Positions 52,996 to 64,000 of a DNA stretch of 64,000 bases are shown one piece after another. The position numbers and the translations under genes are program-made. The first letter of the stretch is position 1; each line of letters starts with the position of its first letter. The notes under the pieces are model-generated. The model was given only the letters and a program-made list of their open reading frames with translations, was not told the origin of the DNA and did not search any database. Source of the stretch: Lingula anatina (taxonomy: Eukaryota > Animalia > Brachiopoda); the NCBI GenBank assembly GCA_051362555.1, contig CM120640.1:64706788-64770787 (forward strand), written 5' to 3'.

Positions 52996-55900
52996 ATGTC
53001 GGCCTGGAAAGTGGCAGGGATAGTGCTCTTAACTGCAATTGCAGTGACATATATACCGAACTATCTAAACCGGCTTCCAGTGAGAGACGTTCAAGGATGG
53101 ACGGCACCAGGGTGGAAGAAAGTGGCAAAGGTGTACAGGTGGGTCCCCCCCCCCCCCCATTACTGACCTAACACCTTGTTCTTCAGCTGACGTGATACTA
53201 TACGAACCGTTAACACACCCCCTTGCATCACTTTAGCCATGATTCAGCAATATCATACCGGTGTTGATGTTTGTTGTGAAGGACGAGACTGCCCAGTAAA
53301 GGCTAGACTCTATGAACAGTGATATTTATTTATGTAACATGAAAATTTAAAACATTAGATCTGTAAGTTATACGCTTCTTAAGCGCATGAGCCCCTCGTC
53401 AGTCGCATTTTTTTCTGAGTAATTACCCCTCCCAGCCCCCCCCCCCCCCACACGCACACACACACTCACACAATAAAAATTGCTGCCCACAAGCCTGTAA
53501 CATAAGATAATTACCATCTGATATCAGGGGCCTAAATTAGTATACAATATTAAAGTACAATAATTTTGTAACATATAACTTATGGTGCTCAGAGAATAAA
53601 TATAGTAGGGTAACAGTTTTATTTTAAAGTGGGTATGCTAGTACCACATAGTGGCTTCATTACTATGCTCCAGAGAGTCCAGTCTTCATGCATGTTCTTA
53701 TAAATCATTAATTGGTATGTTCTTGTCGTGGTAAGCGAGCGTCATTAGGGGGTTAATTTATTTTCTATGTCAGGATCAAGGTCGAAGTAAACATCATCTT
53801 ACCGACTCCATATTTTAATTAAAATCTGTGGAGACAGTCGGAAAGATTTTCACCACTCTGGTGTTGGCATAGCACCTAGACAACCAACATTCTACCTTCC
53901 CCGCATGTGCATTATAATGTGCAACTGTGGCCTCAAGGATGGATGTTTTCTCTGTTTATGCGGTAGCGGTATTAACTTTTAGTTTTGTATAAAGGGACCT
54001 GGGGCCCCCCTGAATTAGCCCTTCATAGTGCATGATCAAGGTTACGTAATGAAGGTTTTCTTACCATGTTTGCTTTGTGATAGCCTTTATTTGACCAGGT
54101 AAAGTACATGTACGTCGGCAAATATCATATTAATCCATATTGTTCAGTTTGAAGATGGGAAATCCTTTTTTAACCGATAATCAAAAAAATTTTACAGTAG
54201 CAGTCATTGTCATAATTGATACGCATTATTAAATAGAATTAGATATAACATTGTTATTTATTATTTTATTATTTGTTTCGTATTAAGAAAAGTACACATT
54301 GTTTTTTTGTCTGGGCATAAGCCTTCAGAATCAATTTAAACCAAAATGGTTCGGAGCCTCTTTTAACCCCTTCTCTCAATAAATATTCTATGCATTCAAT
54401 CACCTTAATTTGCAGTGCGACGTCAGATACAAAATTATTTTACTTGGAGATAAATTAATGCTCAAAATCATCCCATCCCCCATTCTTTTTAAGCCAAGGG
54501 TATTATATTTGATTTGTGTGTAATTAATGTTTATATATTAGGTTACTTAGGTTACTTATAAAGCAGTTTTTGTCTTTTTTTTAATCCCATAATCTGAAAT
54601 CCTGATTTTATTTTCGCAATCAATGCTGTGTAATACTTATATATCTTATTCAGGTAAGATAACTGAATTTGGTTTGATATCAAAACCCCTCCATTGCCTT
54701 TAAGACCTTTTTCACGTTTTCCTCCGAGACAGCTGCAGTTGGGCATATGAATATTCAAAATTATTGTGAACTTCAGTTGCAAGTGTTTTAACCTACAGTG
54801 GGTATTGTTGCCACTTTGTTTCAATGTTATTTTGAATATTTTGAAATCTCGAATTTCGAGTAACTCCAGATTTCGAGTTAGTATATTATCTAGAAATTTT
54901 AGAATATATGGAAACGTGTTACTGGCATTTTTTTGTTTGCTATTTTTATACTATCATGTTACGAAGTAAAAATGTTGAGATGCTTACCCGAATTTTCAAA
55001 ATAAATCAAAAGGACTTGACAGCAATACCCTTTCGTACCAACCTAAACATGTTCAAGTATTTTACTCATTTTGACTGTTTTGAGGTATTGATCAATCCAT
55101 TTTGAATGTGTGAACTGTGTACTTATTGTGAATCCATTCTTGCAGTGATATGCTCAAGTCTGGACAGGAAAAGGGTGGAGGCTTTGCAGTGTACCATAAA
55201 GGAGAACTGGTGGTGGACATATGGGGTGGTTACAGAGATACGCAGGGAGAAGGGGTCCCGTGGAAGGAAGACACTTTGGGTTTGTTCTTTTCCACAACAA
55301 AAGGCGTGGCTGCTCTCATGGTGGCCATGTTGGTTGACAGGTAAAGTAAGACCAAGTCTTTTTTCTGTGAAAAAATATGTCAGATGTTGATATTCAGATT
55401 GTAGCATTCGATTTATGATGCATTTTATTTTCATTTTGTCTTCTCATTGAACTTTTTTAAAAAGACCAATTCGCAAGGATACCTGTGCTTTTCACCAATT
55501 CACATTAGTACTGGTAATTTCTATACCAAATACTAACTAAATAACTAACTAACGGACCTACAACAATAACCCCTTGTCAGACGTAATTAGAAACTGCGCT
55601 TGGATAACCTGTAATGCTAGATAGAAAGTCATGGCTTAATGTTTCAGTTGTTAAATGCTGTGACTAATGTTTGCGAACAATATTCATTTTATTCATGAAT
55701 TAATTGCTTGAAGCCTGACAAAACCCTACATAATGCTCAAAAGAGGCCACCTTGCTGCATTTTTTCAGTTAGTTACCTGACCAAAAGAATTGATAATTGT
55801 TTATATTTTTCAGGGGTCACCTAGACTACGATAAGACTGTGGCTACTTATTGGCCCGAGTTTGCACAGAATGGAAAAGAGAAGGTCACGGTTGCCCAGCT

Positions 55901-58720
55901 GTTAAGTCATCAGGTAGACACCAAGTATCATTTAGTGTTTTATTTCTTCATTACAACCTGCTGGAGAAAAGTAATGTGTGATATAAAATTTAATGTAAAA
56001 TGGGTAATGTGGGTAACATAAAAGACTAAAAAGGGACACCTTAAAAAAGGAATATATTCATCTAGCTAGCCTCAGGATACGTATTTATTTTGTCTTCAAT
56101 TTGCATTTTAAAGGCGTGTTTGCAGTTTAGATAAAGGTGTGCTTAGGATTATTTGTTTTATACTAAGGCCGGGCTTTCGGCAGTAGACTTTGAAGTGACA
56201 GAAAAGTTGCACAATAACACGGAAGAATTTGGCAAGCTTCTTGCAGCACAAAAACCATTTTGGAAACCAGGTATTGGAGAGTCGATTTTCACAGAGTTTA
56301 TTTCTTATAAGCTTTTGTGTCTACTTGAAATTTAGATGGACATAGTACACTTAATTTTTGCACTGGGGTTCTTGGGAGGGGGATTATTTCAAGCTAATAG
56401 AAAGAGGTGGGGTACAGTTTAGTTTATAGTCTATTATATTAGTATAGGTGCACAGCTTGGCAAACACTTTTTTATTTCTTGTTCAAATAATTAATAAAAA
56501 ATTATTTCTTTTTTTTTTATAATTTATTAATAAATTAATTTTTTGCGTGTGTGTAACGCAATACACACAGGGTGATCTATGTTGGCAATAATTTCAAGAC
56601 TGTCCAGTGCGGAGGATTTGCTAATGAAGATTGTTTCACTTCAGTGTTTCACACGCAAACCTGTATTTTATATCATTTAATTTTCTATCACTAGGCACCG
56701 CTCATGGATACCATGCCCTCACATTTGGTATGTATGTGGACCAGCTAATGAGACGCGCAGACCCAAAGAAGAGAGGTGTCCAACAGTTTTTTAAGGAAGA
56801 GTTAGCAAAGCCACTTGGTAATCTTCTTTTCTTTTGCGCTATTTAACTTCTAAATTTCAGTTTCAATGTCTGGTAACCCGAGAAGTTTATAGCTGTTTAC
56901 AAAAAGAGAAACAAATGGAAAGAAACGTCCGTGTATCTACATTAATTCAAAGTTTGATCTAGAAAAGTTTGTTTTTATGAAGAAAGAAATAGTTGGCGTT
57001 GACATTGATCTTTAAAGACAAGGTAATGATATTTATTCAGGTTTTAGAATCCGTAAATTATTTTCATTATTATTTTGATAATTTAATGCTTAATTTTCGA
57101 CACCTTTTATCGAAAGTAAAAATAAAGTAATATTTAGCTGCTATCATCAGTATTTTGTAATTATTCCCAAAAAGTACATAATTTGAATTATAACACACCA
57201 CTTGTTGGTCTTTATGACAGGTCTGGATTTTTTCATCGGTCTTCCACCAGAGGAGATGTATAGAATGTCTAGACTTTATATGATGGGATTAGCGGAGGGC
57301 TTTGTCCACAACATCTTAACTGCCAATTTCGAGTCGTTCAATTTGTATAAGCATATGCTCTTTGACCCTCTAGCTCAAAAGGCAATGTCGTCGGCGGCTT
57401 TTCTTAACGTAAGAATGCACGTGCGTGTGTTTGTAGAATATATAAATATGCACTTGACTAGAATTTTTCAATTAATTTGTAAATCAAATTTTATGCTTGA
57501 ACATTGTGATATACATTTGTGTCTACGCAACTGTTTTATTTGGTGTACCTTGTCTATATAAAATAGATAAAAGGTAACATGAAAATTATGTATTTACCTG
57601 TAAAAAATTTATACTTTACAGAAACAAAGTTTAAATCAGATAGAAATATTAAGGATACCTTTGGCGTCCATGATGGGCATAGGCACACCCAAAAGTATTG
57701 CCAAACTGTACGGCGTACTGGCTAACGGGGGAGCAACGAAGGTAGTATTCTAACAAACTTAATCCAGTTTAGTTACTATTTATTCGAAACAGAAAAATAT
57801 TTGAAAAATTTTTTTAATGATTAGTGTATCCTATTTATATAGATAATTAAGATACACCATTCTCATTTTACAGGATTTCCGCATGCTTTCTAAAGGAATG
57901 ATAAAGAAATTGCAAGAGCCAGCTCAACAAACAGAAGACCCTAAGGATCGGACTTTGGGATTTGAATCTGAGATAAAACTCGGCTTTTTCGTCGCGAACA
58001 ATCCTAAGGCAAGTTACTTCGAAATAATAGACAGACCTGATAAAGATGTAATATGTGTTAATTTTTTCAATACAGGATCGTCTCTCTCATTTGGACGCTT
58101 TTATCTCTCAGTCGGGAGTCCGCGATTTTCTTTTTTTCTTAATGTAGATAGTCTATTTTTTCGATTTTCAGGTTTGATTCCAATCTTTTACTGCAATTTT
58201 TAAATCTATTGTTTAGCAAGTATTTTAACGAAAATATGCTTTTTAAACATCTGTCTACAAAAAAAAAAAAAAAAAAAAAAAAGAAAAGACACTGTTCACA
58301 GATCTTCAACGTATATTTGTTCTCAACTTACAAGTCTATTAAAATACATTCCAAAGCGAAAACATTAGGTCTGTTTTTTTAAGCACTAAACTAGACTAAC
58401 TTATACACACAGGCAGTGCGGCCATTTAATTAGTTTTTTCAACTATTCTGTTTTATAATATGATAAATTTATGGGAATAAAATATGCTATGTACACAATC
58501 TCTTAAAAAGGTGCTCAAAGGAATGTCTATATTTCAGGGTCAACCCTTGATTGGTCATCCAGGTGCCGGTGGTCAAATGGGATATGCAGATGTGAATTAT
58601 AACCTTGGTTTTGCATATCTTACTAACCACGGTGGTACTAGATTGGTTGATCCAAGGTACATCGCACTCGCTGAAGCAACTTATGAATGTGCCGACGCAG
58701 CCATAAAAACCAAAAAGTGA
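52996..58720 (+). CDS. Beta-lactamase domain-containing serine hydrolase (lact-2-like, 429 aa, N-terminal signal/anchor)
   Basis: Exons 52996-53138, 55146-55340, 55814-55913, 56168-56270, 56695-56817, 57221-57408, 57622-57741, 57874-58008, 58538-58720(TGA). Motifs: VVDIWGG, FSTTKG (SxxK), [40 protein letters not shown]. Hydrophobic N-terminus [21 protein letters not shown]. Confidence 0.92.
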
Positions 58721-59548
58721 TGAACTATTTATAATCTCTCATTTTTTACTTTAAACATAATTATATGTACTATTATAGTAAATTAGTTATTTGTGATAGC
58801 GATTCAACTCTTCACCTCAATCGGTCAGATGACGAATCAAGGTGAGAATTAATTGGCATTATGCTAAGCAAGGAGGCATATTACATAAATGTATATGGCG
58901 TCCATTTATTGTTAATAACCAAGTTAAAGTGGTAAAGAATAAAATGTGTTCTTCATTATATGAAACCCGTTTCTTCCAAACACTTCTTCATGTAGACGGC
59001 TGTAAATGGGCACTGTTCAATCCGAGAAGAAACTAATCTGGCTGTCTTACATTTATACAGGTTTCTACTTTTATAAACATCATAATTATCATTCATATGC
59101 AAGATAGCTTGAAATATTGTCTTAAGATGAGAAATATACATGCATTCACACGTGTCAATTTGTTAGTTGTAGAAATAAACGGTTTCGTTGCGGCTGCATA
59201 TAGATGAATGTATGCTCTATATATTTAGACTAACATACATTTCACTTGCAATTCAATTGTTCAGTTCTGAAAAAAATGAATGAAATGAAATCTAAAACCT
59301 CTTTGGATCGAAACAGGAAGCTGTCGATCGCATTCTAAATTTCAACGAGTGTTTAAACCTGCTGCACACGAACGCGCATGCATATCCTATACATAAATGC
59401 ATACATACACGAGTGCATCTTCATAAGCCCAATAAAATCTGTCAAAAATTAGATGATTTTAAAATATCGTCAACATAACTGGAACTGCTCCTGTTCCTTG
59501 TATTTCACTTTTGAATTTAACGATTGAATGGCAATCGACGATTGAGCA

Positions 59549-62520
59549 TCATGAGTCCACATAGGACATCCAGTACAAAATGATAAATGCTAAAAACCCT
59601 AGAATAGTTACAAATCGTGCCACGATGTCTATTTGACGTGCACGTTTACCAGGTGTTCTGGTTCGTTTCGGAACAGAAACGTCCGTATCCGACGTGTCGT
59701 CTAACTCCACCTGCAAAACAGAAAGAAAATTGGAAGGATATGTGCGTTTAGATATTTCATTATAATTTTAATCTTCTTTCTACAGAGAGACTGATTTTAA
59801 CAGAGACAATAAACGGTTACAAAGAAAATAATGCTTACATTTTCTTGGTTAGTCTTTTTGGAGGTGTGGCGATTCCGTCGTGCTTCCCGTCCTTGACGTT
59901 TAGCAAGTTTTCGTTTATCTCTTTCTAGCATAGTGTTGACCGTGGCAAATTCCAGTGCAGATGCGGCCACAAATATAATACACATCAACAGCCAGACGTC
60001 CAGAGCCCTTATATAGGATACCTGTAGGAAAGATTGTGTTTACATAAGCTAGAATGTTCTATTTCATCAAAGCATTCTGCAAGTTAAAAATACTACTTCT
60101 GACTGTCGTTAAAGATTTTTTAATTTGTCTTTTGCGTGAATATTTAAAAAGAATAACTTAAATACTCAATATTTAGAGTACCATCGGGGTGCGTTCTTGG
60201 TAAGTGATAGCTTGCATAGTAATGACGAGGAGAGAAGCTATGCTAAGAGACGTTCTCGCTGGGACCGCCGTGGGGTCGAGCCAACAGCTAACAAACGACA
60301 TTAGAACGACTAGTGTGGTGGGAATGTACATGTGCAGCATGTAGGAAAGTAAGTTTCTTTTTAAATATATATCCACATATAGACAGGAATACGACCCTGA
60401 AGATAAAGAGATAAAGAATTAAAAATGCAATTGCATTTCAAAAAGGTGTGAATTCTTATAGTTGCCTTATTTAATTATGATTTTTTTTTGAAATCACATT
60501 AAAATAACAAAAAGAATCCATCTTAAATTGTAATATATATAGTAAAAAATTCAAATCATCAATTTACATTTTGATACAGGCCCAAATAAATATATAGATA
60601 TTTACCTGTAGAATAAATTGAAGTACAGTTACCGGCAGATACTTTAGTTATATCGAAGTTTGGGATTCCGTCGCTGAGCTCAGTACTGTATTCCACAGAT
60701 TCCCCAAACCATCTCAAAACGATTTCATCCCTGGTGTGGGCAACTTAAAGGAAATATCTATCATTTCAATAAATTGACTCTTGGATAAACCAATAATGTT
60801 TACATGAACAATGTGTATAACTTAAGAGATTGAAAAGACCTTGTGACCAGGGTTTGTTTCATGTCACTGGCAGCAAAGATTTAGTAATTTTTTTTGCTTT
60901 ATACAAAACCTGTATAGTCAACATTAAAAAGCCAACTTCATCTTCACATGAAGACTGTACACATTTTGTAGGCCTACTTACAGCTTTCCAATTGAATCCT
61001 ACATGTTTGTGAATCCATGGGATACTTTGAATACTTCAACTTGCACTTCACTGTGGCTGCAATCCTGACATGACAAAAACAATTCATTTTAAATATAAGA
61101 CCATGATGGAAACCAAACCATACTGCTTGGCTACTAATCTGAAAGGCGTCATTTCAAGTGACATCGCATTCAGATTTGGGAAAAAGGCGTTCTGGTAAGC
61201 TCTAAAGAAAAAAGAACATGTTTTTTGACGTGTTTACATAAATAATTGTTTTATATACTACGTGCAGGTTAAAATATTAGTAATTTTTTGTGCCATGAAA
61301 ACTTCTGCGTGTTGCATTAAATCCCTTATATTACGTGCCCCTTTTTGTTACTTCACCTTTGCGAAAACAGCACAGCCCCTTGTGGTGAGATTCGTAATAA
61401 CATGTTAGGAACAGACACAGTATGCAAAAAGGCCATTTTCTCTTTAGTTAGATACGAATCTGGCACCCAGAAGAAATGAACTTGTTCATATGACAGTGTG
61501 ATCATGTTCGTATTGCTGCTAGTGTTATACACAAGGCGGGGTTCCTCCCATCTCTGACGTAAGAAGAAATCAACTGAGAAGTCCTGCTCAAAGATAAAGA
61601 GAAAAAAAGCTGTTACTCAGATGCTGCTGACATATCATCGCACATTGTCTGACATGTTTCCTGCTAAAGGCTAACTTGATGAATTGTGGATTTGTAATGT
61701 ATTGCAATAAATTTACGGTATATTGTAATTCTGATTCACAATACTGAACAATAAACAGGAACACGCATTCAGAAAATAAACTTTATAATAATATTGTTTT
61801 ATTAGACGGTTGTATGTAGGAAATTAAATTTTAAAGGTAAAATAAGATCAAGGCCACAGTACATACCATTGTTATGTCATTTATAGGACTCATGTCGTTC
61901 AATGATATATCCACATCTACGACAGTAGGCCTCCCTGGAAAGTTACATATACTTTTAAGCACATATCTTGTCATACATCAGCAAGTAAAAATGAGCAATA
62001 AGTCACATCGATGGCTAAACTTCATGTACGTCTTTCTAGGAGAGTGCATGTTCACACAGAATAAAGTCAACATTTTAATTCCTTTAAGCTTAAAAACATG
62101 ATTTAGAGCTAACTCACCTTCATTAAAATGAGGCCGAATACGTTTGTCATAATCCATACATGTTAGAATGTGTTGCATAAATTCAACCTCTTCTGAAATT
62201 GACGAACTGGTACTTGGGCTGGACTGACCACTAGAAAGGTTTTTATGCAGTATATCATTTTACACAGTTGAAAAACCTGTGAATTAACATCTGTTCAAAG
62301 CTTACAATATATTATGCATTTTACATCGTGCCTTTGCCTTCAAATCATTGTGTTGAATTCGATTAGACTTTAAAATGTTCATGTTGGAATGGCGATTGAA
62401 ATGAATGACAGATCCTTCAAACTTAAGTGACATCACTTACTTTACATAATACTGGGAAATGCAGCATTGAAAAAGGCTTAAGAGAAGCAGATTGCTTAAG
62501 AAAATTCTGCCGACGTCCAT
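59549..62520 (-). CDS. Cys-loop ligand-gated chloride channel subunit, glycine receptor/GluCl-like (422 aa)
   Basis: Minus-strand exons 62520-62441, 62230-62118, 61934-61867, 61583-61357, 61064-60982, 60743-60606, 60396-60182, 60021-59839, 59710-59549(TGA). Features: signal peptide, YDKRIRP, FFLRQRWEEPRL, WVPD, Cys-loop CKLKYSKYPMDSQTC, loop-C Cys pair CTSIYSTGSYSC, M1 YIPTTLVVLMSFVSCWL, PAR anion-selectivity motif, VSYIRALDVW, LEFATVN, M4 IDIVARF..LYW. Confidence 0.93.
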
Positions 62521-62564
62521 TTACTTGCCATTATTTGAATCTCGTCCATGCACGAGCAAGGCGC

Positions 62565-62607
62565 TGACGTCAGGAACGCGTATCTTGCCAAGCGCGCGAT
62601 GACGTCA
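62565..62607. promoter_or_regulatory. Two perfect CRE palindromes (TGACGTCA) upstream of the Cys-loop channel ATG
   Basis: TGACGTCA at 62565-62572 and 62600-62607, in a locally CpG-rich patch 45-87 bp upstream of the ATG. Confidence 0.55.
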
Positions 62608-62969
62608 CGACGCTGACAACAGCCCTGCTTGACTGTGTGTATGTGTGTGTAGCCTGTATGTGATCTATCAGTCTGTATGGTCTCAAGCCGTAGTCTAAAT
62701 AACGAGTTAGACATCTATATTGAGGGCTACTGTAAGAAAATGCCCAGGTTTTCCCGGTGACATTTTCTGCAAGCAGTAAAAAGGGACGCCACGTCAAAGT
62801 GCCTTCGGCCAAATGAAAGACAACCTTCATAGGGTATTTCAGGTTCACCAATTGATAAAGATCTAGATCTAAGCCATAGGCCTACTTTTGTTTCACTGTT
62901 AATTTACTGTCTTTGTTCAGTAAAAGGCAAAATTCCTTTTGGAAATCAATGTAAATAGAATTTCACACA

Positions 62970-63019
62970 AGATAATTCCTGGCTCGTTTCTTGCAGATAA
63001 TTCCTGGCTCGTTTCTTGC
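62970..63019. repeat. Perfect 25-bp tandem duplication
   Basis: AGATAATTCCTGGCTCGTTTCTTGC occurs twice. Confidence 0.9.
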
Positions 63020-64000
63020 GGCCTTCGCCCCATAATTTTAAATTACCAAACCGTATTTTGTTTCACTTCAAACTTGCGGAGTGCCGTTGTCTGACAAAAT
63101 GGGAGTTTGCTGCCGAAATTCAGCATGACAATATTTCTTCTAAAAAGTTACTTCTTACTGGAATTTGCCAGTTGTGTTAAAATGGAGCAATGGGAATGAT
63201 TTCTTGTGTCCACTTTGCCGTCTAGCTTTTAAGAACCTTAATTGGTGTTCAGTCATCTGTCTTCTGTTAAATCATATATATAATAATTTAAAAATAATAA
63301 AAAACACGCCATCTATCTCGTCGTGAATATTTGCACTTAATTTATTTTGAATTGAATTAGCCAATGTGAGAAAGCTACTTTCTTTACATAGCAGGCAGAT
63401 GTTAAAGAACAACATTAAATAATTCAAATGTAGCTTATCGCTCAATAAATGCTTAAACTTCACAATTGCTGGGAGCTGCATAATGGATGCTGTAAACGGT
63501 ATGTTATAATCGATAAAATAAAATGTAGGTAAGAATATGCTCCCAAACCATACCCCGTGCAGTTTCACTTACATCAAATACTAAATGATCCTTGCCCACG
63601 GACTCGAACGTCAGAGAGAGCACAATTGTAATCATGATTTGAGGTTCGGTTAATACAGTTACTTTGACAACAGTATCATCAAGCTAATTAGACCAATATG
63701 AATTTTTTCTACCCAATTTGTTCAAATTTTAAAGTTGATTAATTTTTCCATCTGTCGACACTTTATAAAATAGATTACTATTTAACGGAGTATTTAATGT
63801 GTGACAAGAAAAATATTTTCACGTCATTCCCCTGACCTTAGCTCTACTAATCCATCGCCATACTTTCTAGTAAAGATGACCTCATTTAGGTCTATATATC
63901 CCAATATTCACAGCATCAAAAATTCAGCCCCTGTAAGCTTGCATTTAAGAACATTTTTAAGTTGAATATTTATAATTAAAATAATATTAAATAATAATAA

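Noticed and set aside
63588-63612. B-box-like GTTCGAGTCC on the minus strand (tRNA or SINE)
   Set aside because: No A-box or cloverleaf could be built.

Overview
AT-rich eukaryotic (animal, probably lophotrochozoan/mollusc-like; species not determinable) genomic window. It holds six intron-containing genes that I reconstructed by hand from splice sites and reading-frame phase. (1) A 5'-truncated Cys-rich, probably GPI-anchored DUF7044/DUF7042/DUF7043-type surface protein (+, 2900-24023). (2) A cytosolic thioredoxin (+, 27725-33210). (3) Mitochondrial ClpP (-, 38526-44189). (4) Head-to-head with ClpP, a 794-aa protein fusing an N-terminal CARD to an APPBP2-like TPR solenoid (+, 46141-50883). 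(5) A beta-lactamase-domain serine hydrolase with a GC-AG intron (+, 52996-58720). (6) A GlyR/GluCl-like Cys-loop chloride channel with a divergent M2 (-, 59549-62520). Introns and intergenic DNA carry several MITEs (Harbinger- and Kolobok-like), a 5'-truncated RTE-type LINE with target-site duplication, a probable solo LTR, a decayed hammerhead-ribozyme hairpin and microsatellites. The most intriguing item is the CARD-APPBP2-like fusion. Family assignments come from remembered motifs, not from database searches.
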